Shown: positions 32,589 through 41,739, numbered from the stretch's first letter. The stretch is DNA of 60,565 nt from an uncultured delta proteobacterium (GCA_963755715.1 CAVWLW010000053.1:1-60565); one strand, 5' to 3'. Numbers and translations: made by a program. The notes: generated by a model not told the origin, from the sequence alone.

Positions 32589-32617
32589 AACCTAAGCATC
32601 GTTTTGCCGGCTGTCAA
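32589..32617 (-). promoter_or_regulatory. Candidate sigma70 promoter of clpB (TTGACA-17-TAGGTT)
   Basis: Perfect -35 at 32612-32617, 17-bp spacer, -10 at 32589-32594, 27 nt before the ATG. Confidence 0.6.
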
Positions 32618-32722
32618 GAAAACCCAGACAGGACAGAGAAATTGAAGAAAAATTCAGGCGATGGCCAAAAACGCTGGTTTCCCAGCGTGCGACGGCCACG
32701 GAAACCAAGCTCGAGAATCCGA

Positions 32723-33511
32723 TCAGGAGCCGTTTTTTCCGAGCTGAAAATATTCGAACATCGGTGCTTCGCAATGGCTGGCGCTGGTAAGGTCCATGCG
32801 CCGATCCGCCAGCACGATCCCGTCGTTGGTGCGAAGCATAAAAGGATAATCGGCGGGTTCAACCGGTGTGCCGCGCATTTTTTTTATCGCCATAGTGCGC
32901 TGGTACTTGCCGTTGATCTCGCCGATCTTGAGCAGAAAGACTCCGGAAGCGAGAAACTGCTCGATGCCGCCGGCGCTGGGCGAGGCTCCTTTCGGCAGAT
33001 GGGCGGTAAGCAGGTTGGTTGTATTGAGTTGCGATTGAATCAATTGAATCAATGAACGGGCCTGATCCTGGCTCGGGCTAGTGGCGTCGTTCGGCAGGAT
33101 GAGCGGCGTGATCGGATCGACGATCAGCAGGGTGGCGCTCAGTCGCTTTGCGTAGTTGCCGAGGTCGGCGATGATTTTTTGCGGATCGATGCCTTTCTCA
33201 GTCGCGCCGCCGCTACGGCCGCCAAAATAGGGCGAAGCATCCAAAATGACCAAACTTTTTTCTTGAATATACGGTTGAAGATCCCAGGAAAAGGATGCCG
33301 CCGATTCGACGATTTCGCCCGGGCGTTCGTCGACGGTCACGTAGACCGCCTTCTCGCCTCGTTTGAGAGCGCTCGAAAGAAACTGTAAACAGGCAATCGT
33401 TTTTCCCGTTCCCGTGTCGCCCGTCATGAGATAGGTGCGTCCTCGTACATAGCCGCCGTGAAGCAAACCGTCGAGGCCGATGATACCAGTGGAGATACGT
33501 GGGGAATCCAT
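32723..33511 (-). CDS. Single-domain KaiC-like (RAD55/RecA superfamily) ATPase, copy 2
   Basis: RISTGIIGLDGLLHGG, Walker A GDTGTGKT, YVTVDE, Walker B LIVDP, IKKMRGT. Confidence 0.88.
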   Translation of the reverse strand: MDSPRISTGIIGLDGLLHGGYVRGRTYLMTGDTGTGKTIACLQFLSSALKRGEKAVYVTVDERPGEIVESAASFSWDLQPYIQEKSLVILDASPYFGGRSGGATEKGIDPQKIIADLGNYAKRLSATLLIVDPITPLILPNDATSPSQDQARSLIQLIQSQLNTTNLLTAHLPKGASPSAGGIEQFLASGVFLLKIGEINGKYQRTMAIKKMRGTPVEPADYPFMLRTNDGIVLADRRMDLTSASHCEAPMFEYFQLGKNGS

Positions 33512-33527
33512 AGCTCGATCTTCCGAT

Positions 33528-34259
33528 TTAACGGGCCGAAGCCGGCGGCTGAACGACGATGCCTTGTCCTTTGACGATATCGAATTCGAGCTGCGTCGGT
33601 TTCACGTCGGTGCAGCGCATCTTCTCGACGATCAAGCTGCGCGCGAGAGCGCCGTTTTTCCAGACCATCTCGAGCACAATCGCGCCGGCGACGAGATATT
33701 CCTCCATGCCGTGCATGCTGCGTTCACCGGTACGCGGCACGGCGTAGGAGGTGAGCACGTTGGTGGTCGGCAGCGAAGAGCGCATCAGTTTGATCAGCAA
33801 ACGAATCTGGTCCTGGATGCGCACCGTGCTCGCGCGCAACAACACGAAAGGCCCCGCCGGATCGAGCACGAGTCTCTTGGCGCCGAGCTGCTTGACGAAG
33901 TTCCCGAGATCGCTGACGGCTCTTTGCACGTCGATATGTCGTTCGCTGCTCGCTCCCGGAAACGAGCTGAGATAAGTTCCGGCGTTAAGAATCGCCAAAT
34001 CCTTATTTTCGATATGAGGCTCAAAGTCCCAGCCCATGGAGGCGGCTTGCTCCAGTATGTCCATGGGATTTTCGTCGGCGCTGACAAAGATGCATTTTTC
34101 GTTGCGCTTCAGCCCCTCGGCAAGAAACTGCAAGGCGAAAATTGATTTTCCCGTGCCCGGTTCTCCGGTAATGAGGATCGAGCGGCCTTGAGGAAAACCG
34201 CCTTCGATGAGCGAGTCCAGTCCTAGGATTCCCGTGGGTACGCGTTCGGTCTGTAACAT
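33528..34259 (-). CDS. Single-domain KaiC-like (RAD55/RecA superfamily) ATPase, copy 1
   Basis: RVPTGILGLDSLIEGGFP, Walker A GEPGTGKS, FVSADE, LVLDP, EEYL, VEKMRCT. Confidence 0.88.
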   Translation of the reverse strand: MLQTERVPTGILGLDSLIEGGFPQGRSILITGEPGTGKSIFALQFLAEGLKRNEKCIFVSADENPMDILEQAASMGWDFEPHIENKDLAILNAGTYLSSFPGASSERHIDVQRAVSDLGNFVKQLGAKRLVLDPAGPFVLLRASTVRIQDQIRLLIKLMRSSLPTTNVLTSYAVPRTGERSMHGMEEYLVAGAIVLEMVWKNGALARSLIVEKMRCTDVKPTQLEFDIVKGQGIVVQPPASAR

Positions 34260-34324
34260 GATCGTCCTTTTACACTCAGGCTAGCGCTTCGTCGCTGCGA
34301 TGCGCGCCTTTGGCGACTGCCGCA

Positions 34325-37300
34325 TTACGATGACTTCCAACGTCTCTTCCAACCAAAACCGCCCTGCCAGCGGCGTGATGGAGAAATTTCATGGTCCTTG
34401 CCATTATTTGTGTGCAGGTTTTCAGCGCCCTCGAATTGCGCTTCTTGGACTTGATTTAACGGCGCGTCGCCGAGGATGAAATCGCCGCGTTCCAAGTTAT
34501 CGCGTGTTTCACTCTGCGCCAATTTTTCGCGCAAGGATTCGATTTCCTGACGGTAGGTTTGTTCGATCCCGTGCGACTCAGCCTGATGTTCCGCGTCGGC
34601 CCATTCCTTTTGGCTGAGCTCCGCCTGAAGCAGGGCAATCTGCGCTTGGAACTCGACCCGCATGCGCTCGCCTTCGCTGGTGAACGCGGCTTCGGCCTCG
34701 GTTGCGGCCGCTTCTACTTGGCTAAAGCGCTCGCGCAATCCATCCGCTTCGGCTTTGACGCGCACGAGCTCATCGTTGCGGTCTTGTAAAATCTGGTTTT
34801 TTTCTTGCGTTTCGCGAATCAGCCGGTCGAGCTCCCGCCGCAAGTTTTGCTCCAACTCTGGCTGCGCTTCGCCGCGCGCCTGGAGCTCGCTCGTCTTTTG
34901 CGCGACTTGGCGTTCCAAGTCGGCAATCCGCAGCCCATACTCTTCCTTGATCTGCACGGCTCGATCGATCGCCGTCCGCTCGGTTTGCTGCAGCTCGGTC
35001 GTCAATTCTGCAACGCGTTGATCGAGCAGGTGAGCTTGCGACTTGGATCGTTCGATTTCATGATCGCGCTCGCGGATTTGATTCCGCTCCTCGCTCATTT
35101 GGCTTTCGAGCTTTTGGATTTGGCTCTGGTGCGCGAGCGCCAAGTTTTCCAGAGCCGCTTGTTGCTGTGCCGACGCCCAGGCTTTTTGCTGCAGCTCACC
35201 GCGCGCCGCCGCCAGTTCCGTCTCGAGGTGGCTTCGAACTTGATTTTGCTCCCGTTCGGCGGCGGAGAGTTCCGTCTGGCGCCGCGTTTCCAGCTCATCC
35301 AAGCGCGATCGCAGTGCCGCAGCTTCGATCGCTACGGTTTCGTGCTCTCGCAGACGCTCTTTGAGCTGCGTTTCAATGGCGGTCTTCTGCTGTTCGAATT
35401 CACCAATCTGAAGAGTAAGTTCGGTGACACGCTGCCTTTCCTGGACGAGCTCATTGTCCTGGTTATTTTGCTTGATCTGATATTCATTGCGTAACTCGGC
35501 GATGGCCGCCTGATGTTGAGCCGCCACTGACGCGTTCTGCTGCAGCTCGCCGCGCGCCGCCGCCAGTTCGTCTTCGAATTTGACGCGCAGCTGCTCCTGC
35601 TCCCGCGTCGCCGCGGCAAGCTCCGTGTGACGGGACTCGAGATCATCGAGCCGCGAACGCAGAGTCGCGGCCTCCGAAGTTGCCGCTTCGAGATCCCGGC
35701 GATGCTCGCCCAGCACGCTTTCCAGATCCCGGTTACGCTGCTCGCTGGCGCTGATATTTTGATGAAGCTCGTCGACCCGCCGGCGTTCCTCGGCGAGCTC
35801 GTTTTCTCGATGGCTTCGGTCGGTTTGGTGTTCGACACTGAGCGCGACGAGCTTCGCTTGATGCTCGGCGTTGAGCTGTTCAATGTCTTTTTGTGACCGC
35901 GTCAGGGCATCTACAGCAGCTTCGCGCGCCGTCATTTTTTCCGCTAGTCGACTGAGGTGAGCTTTGAGATCGTTGATCTCAGCCATCCGGCTTTCGACCA
36001 GCAATTGTTTTTCCGCCAAATCGAGTTGCAGTTGGGCGATTTTGCTGTCGAGCTGGTGTTTGAGAGTCTCGCTGTCGGACTGAACTTTTTTTAATTCCAG
36101 TTCTTTCGCTTGTAAGCGGGTTTCGATCTCTTGGCGCAGAATAGTGGCCTGTTGCCCGTTTTGCTCAAGCTCGCGGCGCAACTGCTCCGACCGCGCCATC
36201 TCGCCCTCGATGCCGGTGTGCTCCACGCGCAAGCGGTCAAATTCTTTGCGCAGGGTTTCGGCATCGTTTTTCTCTTGTTGCAAGCGGTTGCGCAGCTCAG
36301 TGATTTCGTTGCCGTGCTCTTCTTCGATGGATCGAAAGCGTGATTCCTGCTCGTGCAGAGCGGCTTCGAGTTGTTCGTCCGCGCGCCGCTGCGTTGTTTC
36401 GAGTTCGTTCGCTTGAGCCTGCAGGCGCGCCTCTAGCTCCTGGCGAGATTCGGCAGCCTGGCCGAGCTGTTGGGTCAGCTCTTCGCGAGTGTTTTCTGAT
36501 CGCGCTTTTTGCTCTTCCAGACCGGCGATTGCGGTATGCAAGCGGACGAGCTCTAAATGGCCTTGCTGCTCTGCGAGCTCTCGTTCCTGCAAGCGATTTT
36601 GTAGTTGGTTGATTTCGTTGGTCGTTTGTTCTTCGAGCGATTTGAAATGAGCTTCGTGATCTCTACGCGCCTGTTGTACGAGCTCATGGGCGTTTGCCTG
36701 GAGGCCTCGCAGTTCATTGTCCTTGTCCCGCAGGCGCGCTTCCAGTTCCTGGCGAGCCAGCGTCTCCTGTTGTCGGCTCTGTTCCAGCTCGTTGCGGGAA
36801 TGCTCCAACTGGGATTTTTGCTCGTCGAGCGTGGCGATCTCAGAGCGCAGGCGCGTAAGCTCAGTGTTCGTGTGCTCGGCAGCCGATCGTTGCTCTTCCA
36901 GCTCGTTACGCAGTTGGCTGTTGTCCGCCGCCAGCCGCGCTTCGTTTGCCGCCGAATATTCTTCGCGCTCGTTCAGGGCAGATTCTTTCTGTGCCAGGGT
37001 ATCGCGCAGGTTGGATATTGCTGCTTCCGACGCGCGCCGTTTCTCTTCGGCGCGCTGTTGCTCTGCCAGGTTTTCCGCCGCGGCCGCTTCGTGGCGATTG
37101 ATCTGGTCGCGCAGGGCGGCCATCTCGGCGCGCGCGCTTTGCGCCGCAGTCTCGTGTTCTGCCATCGTGGCGCTGCTGCGCGCGAGGTCCTGCTGCAAGG
37201 ATTGGATTTTGCCATGCAAAGCCAGCTCGACGGCGCTCACGGCTTCCTGCCGTTCGGTCAGCGCGCGCTCGCGCCGGGCCACTTCGTGCTGCAAGCTCGC

Positions 37301-38326
37301 CAGCTCGTTTTCATGGGCGCGGCGCAAACTCGCCATTTCCTCGGCGCTGGCTTGCGCCAGTCGATCGGCGGCGCTTTCCAGCGCGGCGGCTCGCTGTTCG
37401 AGCGCGGCGCTTTGCGCCTGCACGCTGCGCACCTCAGCGTCGCGGCTCTCGATCAGGGCTTGTTCTTGCTCGAGCCGGCTGGCGAGCGTGAGGATCTCGT
37501 TTTTGAGGCCCTGTTCGGTCGCATTGGCCGTCCGGCGACTCTCTTCGAGCGCGGCATCGCGCTCGGCAAGAAGAGTCTGCAGACCGCCGACCTCGCTGTC
37601 GAAGCGCACGCGCATCCGCTCCAATTCCCGCGCCGCACTGGCCACGGCTTCCGTGCGGCTTGTTTCAAGCTCAGCCATCCGCCTCTGCATTTCAGGGATG
37701 GCAGCCCTGGCTTGTTGCAGCTCGGTTTCGGCGCTGCGCGACTGGTCTGATTTTTCTCGTAGCTGTTCTTGCAGTTGCGTGATTTGGTTTTGCAGAGCGT
37801 CTTGAAGTTGGCGCGCTACGAACTGCTCTTTTTGCCAGCTCTGTTGGTTTTCTTCCAGGCGCGCGCTTAAGGTGATCACTTCGGCTTCAAGCTCCCGGCG
37901 AGCGGCCGCGGATTGCCGCACTAGATCTTGCGCTTGCTCTTGAGCGCTTTCGCTTTGGCTGATTTGTTGGCGCAGATTTGCGGCGGCGGACTCGACGTCT
38001 TGAAGCTCGGCTTCCCGGCGGTCCAGTCGCTGCCGGACTTCGTCCAAGCCGCTCTCTAAAATTCGCACTTGTTCTCGAAGGCTTTGTTCTTGCGCGCTGG
38101 CGGCGCTTTGGCGTGCGGCCAGGACTTGTTCTTTTTCGGCGAGCGCGGCGCGTAAGCCGGTCAGTTCGGCTTGATGTTGCTCACGAGCGCGGGCACCCTC
38201 GTACGCTGCCGTCGCTTGGGATTGCTTAAAGTAAAGTTCGACGAGGCGCGATTGCGTCAGCAGGATTTCGATTTCGTTGAGCAACAGCGTCAACGGATCG
38301 CTGGCGGATTTGCTGGGTAAATCCAT
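34325..38326 (-). CDS. Giant coiled-coil protein (1333 aa), function unknown
   Basis: E/Q/R/L/A-rich, nearly proline-free heptad pattern over about 1270 aa; internal 103-aa and 116-aa repeats; no Walker motif or TM helix; C-terminus RRWQGGFGWKRRWKSS. Confidence 0.88.
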   Translation of the reverse strand: MDLPSKSASDPLTLLLNEIEILLTQSRLVELYFKQSQATAAYEGARAREQHQAELTGLRAALAEKEQVLAARQSAASAQEQSLREQVRILESGLDEVRQRLDRREAELQDVESAAANLRQQISQSESAQEQAQDLVRQSAAARRELEAEVITLSARLEENQQSWQKEQFVARQLQDALQNQITQLQEQLREKSDQSRSAETELQQARAAIPEMQRRMAELETSRTEAVASAARELERMRVRFDSEVGGLQTLLAERDAALEESRRTANATEQGLKNEILTLASRLEQEQALIESRDAEVRSVQAQSAALEQRAAALESAADRLAQASAEEMASLRRAHENELASLQHEVARRERALTERQEAVSAVELALHGKIQSLQQDLARSSATMAEHETAAQSARAEMAALRDQINRHEAAAAENLAEQQRAEEKRRASEAAISNLRDTLAQKESALNEREEYSAANEARLAADNSQLRNELEEQRSAAEHTNTELTRLRSEIATLDEQKSQLEHSRNELEQSRQQETLARQELEARLRDKDNELRGLQANAHELVQQARRDHEAHFKSLEEQTTNEINQLQNRLQERELAEQQGHLELVRLHTAIAGLEEQKARSENTREELTQQLGQAAESRQELEARLQAQANELETTQRRADEQLEAALHEQESRFRSIEEEHGNEITELRNRLQQEKNDAETLRKEFDRLRVEHTGIEGEMARSEQLRRELEQNGQQATILRQEIETRLQAKELELKKVQSDSETLKHQLDSKIAQLQLDLAEKQLLVESRMAEINDLKAHLSRLAEKMTAREAAVDALTRSQKDIEQLNAEHQAKLVALSVEHQTDRSHRENELAEERRRVDELHQNISASEQRNRDLESVLGEHRRDLEAATSEAATLRSRLDDLESRHTELAAATREQEQLRVKFEDELAAARGELQQNASVAAQHQAAIAELRNEYQIKQNNQDNELVQERQRVTELTLQIGEFEQQKTAIETQLKERLREHETVAIEAAALRSRLDELETRRQTELSAAEREQNQVRSHLETELAAARGELQQKAWASAQQQAALENLALAHQSQIQKLESQMSEERNQIRERDHEIERSKSQAHLLDQRVAELTTELQQTERTAIDRAVQIKEEYGLRIADLERQVAQKTSELQARGEAQPELEQNLRRELDRLIRETQEKNQILQDRNDELVRVKAEADGLRERFSQVEAAATEAEAAFTSEGERMRVEFQAQIALLQAELSQKEWADAEHQAESHGIEQTYRQEIESLREKLAQSETRDNLERGDFILGDAPLNQVQEAQFEGAENLHTNNGKDHEISPSRRWQGGFGWKRRWKSS
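35105..35803 (-). repeat. Two tandem ~116-aa (348-nt) intragenic repeats in the coiled-coil gene
   Basis: NELAEERRRV...EAATLRSRLDDLE...ELAAARGELQQ versus NELVQERQRV...EAAALRSRLDELE...ELAAARGELQQ; copies start at 35803 and 35455. Confidence 0.8.
36080..36862 (-). repeat. Three tandem 103-aa (309-nt) intragenic repeats (third partial) in the coiled-coil gene
   Basis: ELTRL...RQELEARL (36862), ELVRL...RQELEARL (36553), EFDRL...RQEIETRL (36244): exact 309-nt spacing. Confidence 0.82.
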
Positions 38327-38397
38327 GTTTACGGGCTCTGCTTATTGGTTGCGATCTTAGATTTTGATTGTCATCGAGATTCGACCATTGTCCGGCT

Positions 38398-38413
38398 AGC
38401 CAAAAACATGCCA
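38398..38413 (-). promoter_or_regulatory. Candidate sigma54 (-24/-12) promoter TGGCATGTTTTTGGCT
   Basis: GG-N10-GC spacing, close to the TGGCACG-N4-TTGC consensus; about 70 nt upstream of the coiled-coil ATG; A/T tract immediately upstream. Confidence 0.6.
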
Positions 38414-38683
38414 TTTAAAAAAACAGCAATTCTGCAATTTCAGATAGTTAGTACAAAGCCAAAACGCCAATCCGGCCGAAACGGAGAATTCTGGACAAAT
38501 GAGAGAATCTTCCGACAAAATTGTCATGATCTGTGCTAACGCAACCGAGTTGTGTCGGCAAGTGAGACCGCGCATTACGCTAGACGCTCCGCTGCGAGGC
38601 GTGGAAAATTGCCACGAGCACAATGACAGAACGCGACAAATGGCATTTGAAAAGGGCGACTCCTGCCGATAGAATTCCGCCAC

Positions 38684-39781
38684 ATGTCAGCTTATTTCCG
38701 CGCCAATATTGCGGCAATGGCCGGCTACATGCCGGGCGAGCAGCCGCAGGAAAACGGCATCATCAAGCTCAACACGAATGAGAATCCGTATGGGCCGTCG
38801 CCGCAAGTTTACGCTGCTCTAAGAAAATCGCTCAATCCGTCATTGCGTCTGTACCCGGAGCCGCAGAGCGATACGCTGCGATTAGCCGCCGCGAAAGTCT
38901 ACGGCGTGAAACCGGCTAATATTTTGGCCGGCAATGGATCGGATGAGATTCTATCGATTTTGCTGCGCTGCTTTGTCGGGCCGCGGGATCGAGTCGCCTA
39001 TCCGTTTCCGACCTATTCTCTTTATGACACTTTAATCGCGATCCAGGACGGTGTCGCGGCACCGGTCGCTTATCCGGCGGATTTTTCCCTGCCGGCGTCT
39101 CTCGCCGAGCAAAAAGCCGCGTTGACTTTCCTGTGCAATCCCAATGCGCCGTCCGGCACCCTGGTGACGCTGCCGGAGATCGAAAAACTCGCGCGTTCGC
39201 TCTCGGGACTCTTGGTGGTAGACGAGGCCTATGTCGACTTCGCTGCTAGCGAGGGCGCATCCTCGATTCCGCTTCTCTCCCGCCTTCCTAATCTGGTCGT
39301 GCTGCGGACTTTTTCCAAGTCATTCTCCTTGGCCGGCATGCGCATCGGGCTCGCGTTTGCCGCGGAGGAAATTATCGCCGGCATGATGAAAGTGAAGGAC
39401 TCGTACAATTTGAACCGCCTGAGCTTGATTGCGGCGACCGCCGCGCTGGCGGATCTGCCCTGGATGGGACGCAACGCGCGGCGCATTCAACGCGGTCGTA
39501 AAAGACTGACGAGTGGGCTCAAGCGCCTGAGCTACGACGTTTATCCCTCCCATGCGAATTTTATTCTGGCGCGCAAGCAGGGGCAAAATCAGAAAAGCGT
39601 CTACGAAGAGCTGAAGCGAAGAAAAATTCTCGTGCGTTACTTCGACCTGCCGGGCCTGCAAGATTGTTTGCGCATCACGGTCGGCGCGCCGGTGGAAATC
39701 CAGGCGTTGCTGACGGAGATGGCGGCGATCGCCGGCAGCCGTGAAACCGGCTCTCTGACAGCTGCGCAAAAGGAGGGTTAG
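38684..39781 (+). CDS. hisC: Histidinol-phosphate aminotransferase
   Basis: IKLNTNENPY, GNGSDE, CNPNAPSG, VVDEAY, RTFSKSFSLAGMRIG. Confidence 0.93.
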   Translation: MSAYFRANIAAMAGYMPGEQPQENGIIKLNTNENPYGPSPQVYAALRKSLNPSLRLYPEPQSDTLRLAAAKVYGVKPANILAGNGSDEILSILLRCFVGPRDRVAYPFPTYSLYDTLIAIQDGVAAPVAYPADFSLPASLAEQKAALTFLCNPNAPSGTLVTLPEIEKLARSLSGLLVVDEAYVDFAASEGASSIPLLSRLPNLVVLRTFSKSFSLAGMRIGLAFAAEEIIAGMMKVKDSYNLNRLSLIAATAALADLPWMGRNARRIQRGRKRLTSGLKRLSYDVYPSHANFILARKQGQNQKSVYEELKRRKILVRYFDLPGLQDCLRITVGAPVEIQALLTEMAAIAGSRETGSLTAAQKEG

Positions 39782-39783
39782 TC

Positions 39784-40197
39784 ATGGCACGGATCAAGAT
39801 TACCGACCTCGATCATATCGTGCTCAATGTCGGCGACATCGAGCAGTCGCTCAAATTTTATACGGAGGTTCTAGGCTTGAGCGGCGAGCGGGTCGACGAG
39901 TTCAAGGCCGGCAAGGTCGGGTTCCCTTCGGTGCGCATCAACGCTGGAACGATCATTGACTTGTTTCCGAACAAGGAACGTTCGGCTCCACGTGCCGGCG
40001 CCAAAGTCGACGGCAACTTGAATCATTTTTGCCTGGTGGTCGGCGCCGACGATTTTGCCGGCACCGTCGATTATCTAAAAGAAAAGCAAATCGGCATCCG
40101 CGAAGGGCCGGTGTCGCGATGGGGCGCCCGTGGCCGGGCGACCTCGGTTTATTTCCTCGATCCCGACGGCAACGAGATCGAGATTCGCTGTTACTGA
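39784..40197 (+). CDS. VOC/glyoxalase family protein
   Basis: LDHIVLNV, FYTEVLG, NHFCL, GARG...SVYFLDPDGNEIE. Confidence 0.88.
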   Translation: MARIKITDLDHIVLNVGDIEQSLKFYTEVLGLSGERVDEFKAGKVGFPSVRINAGTIIDLFPNKERSAPRAGAKVDGNLNHFCLVVGADDFAGTVDYLKEKQIGIREGPVSRWGARGRATSVYFLDPDGNEIEIRCY

Positions 40198-40223
40198 AAC
40201 TTGCCGACTTATCGCATGCCGGC

Positions 40224-41540
40224 TCAGGCGTTCGTGCTGCGTTCCAATCTATTTATTTTCACGATGCGCCTGCCTTCCATGTCGACGATCGTAAGCTTGT
40301 AGCCGTTTTCCTCGACCCACTCGCCGCCGCGCGGGATGCGCTTGAGCCTGGCCAGCATGAACCCCGCCAAGGTGTGATAGTCGGGCGATTCGTCAAAAGG
40401 CAGTTCAAAATCGGTTTTCAGATCTTTCAGCAGAGCCGAGCCTTGAATGACCAGGGAGCCGTCGGGCAGACGCTCTACCGGGCCGCGCTCTTCGCGGTCG
40501 TACTCGTCACGGATTTCGCCGACGATCTCTTCGACCAAATCTTCAAGCGTGGCGAGTCCCTCGACTTCGCCGAATTCATTGACCACCAAAGCCATCGCCA
40601 GCCGGCGGCGCTGCAGTTGCTTCAATAGCTCGCTCACCGGCAGAGTGCTCGGCACAAAAAAGGCGGGGTGGAGATGGTCGCGGAGGCGAAAGTCGCTCTT
40701 TTCCTGCAAAGCTTTGAAAACATCTTTGTTGTAAAGAATGCCGATCACCTTGTCCAATTCGCCTTCGTAAACCGGGATGCGCGAAAAGCCGCTTTCGACA
40801 AAGCTTTGGGCCACCTCAGCGAAGGAAGCGTGCACTTCGATCGCATGGATTTCCGTGCGCGGCACCATCACCGCTTTCACCGGCGTATCCGTGAACTCGA
40901 AGACGCTATGAATCAGCTTTTCTTCGGTCTCATTGAAAATTCCTTTGGCGGTGCCTTCGCGGATCAGTGATTTGACTTCGTCGACCGAAATGAAGCTGGC
41001 GCTCTCGTTTTGACCGCCGCCGAAGATTCTGAGCACCAGATTGCTCGATGCGGTTAATGCTTTGACAAAAAAAGCGCTCACGCGCGAGAGAAATTCGATC
41101 GGCCGGGCGACGAAACAGGCGATCTGCTCCGAATATCTAAGTGCGAGGGACTTGGGCACCAGCTCCCCGAGCACCAGCGATAAATAGGAAATCGGCAAGA
41201 CGACGATGACGAGCGCGATGGCTTCGGCCCAGCGGGCGACGAAAGGAAAAGGTGCCGCGGCGATCTGTGGCTTTAAGTAGCCGATGGCCGCCGCGCCGCC
41301 GATGGCCGACGCGAGGGAGCTGATCACCGTAACGCCGATCTGCACCGTGGCCAGGAATCGGTCAGGGTCCTCTTTCAGACGCGCGACCACCGCGGCCGCT
41401 TTGACGCCGCGTTCGAGCAAGGCGTCGATGCGGCTTTTGCGCATGGTAATCACGGCGATCTCCGAGGCGGCGAAAAAGCCGTTGGCGAAGATCAAGGCTA
41501 GAATCCAGATCGCTTCCAGCCAAAAATACTCTATGGTCAT
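40224..41540 (-). CDS. HlyC/CorC (CNNM) family CBS-domain membrane protein
   Basis: NGFFAASEIA, FLATVQIG, GELVPK, FSRIPVY, VNEFGEVEGLATLEDLVEEIVGEIRDE. Confidence 0.92.
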   Translation of the reverse strand: MTIEYFWLEAIWILALIFANGFFAASEIAVITMRKSRIDALLERGVKAAAVVARLKEDPDRFLATVQIGVTVISSLASAIGGAAAIGYLKPQIAAAPFPFVARWAEAIALVIVVLPISYLSLVLGELVPKSLALRYSEQIACFVARPIEFLSRVSAFFVKALTASSNLVLRIFGGGQNESASFISVDEVKSLIREGTAKGIFNETEEKLIHSVFEFTDTPVKAVMVPRTEIHAIEVHASFAEVAQSFVESGFSRIPVYEGELDKVIGILYNKDVFKALQEKSDFRLRDHLHPAFFVPSTLPVSELLKQLQRRRLAMALVVNEFGEVEGLATLEDLVEEIVGEIRDEYDREERGPVERLPDGSLVIQGSALLKDLKTDFELPFDESPDYHTLAGFMLARLKRIPRGGEWVEENGYKLTIVDMEGRRIVKINRLERSTNA

Positions 41541-41739
41541 CGTTGCAAGCTCCTAATTTTCACCGTCTGCATCAGCGGCGAAAAAGCCGGGCGTGTTTTG
41601 TAGAATTATCAAAAAATTGGACGAGAGACGGCCAGCGCTTGGCAGCGGGTGTGGACATTGACGAGTTGGTGGGGATTTTATCTCCCCCCTGGTAAAAGGC
41701 AAGTGCGCGGCGTTTACGCTTTTCGCGCTTTCGCGTAGG

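Noticed and set aside
32723-34259. A circadian KaiABC clock
   Set aside because: No kaiA or kaiB, the proteins are single-domain, and the ST phosphosites are absent.
36605-37805. Long plus-strand ORFs (381 and 362 aa) and other long antisense ORFs
   Set aside because: Antisense shadows of GC-rich real genes, without independent motifs.
34325-38326. SMC/Rad50/Wadjet ATPase, phage tape measure or chemoreceptor
   Set aside because: No Walker A/B, signature motif, hinge, TM helices or MCP hairpin, and no phage or jet genes nearby.
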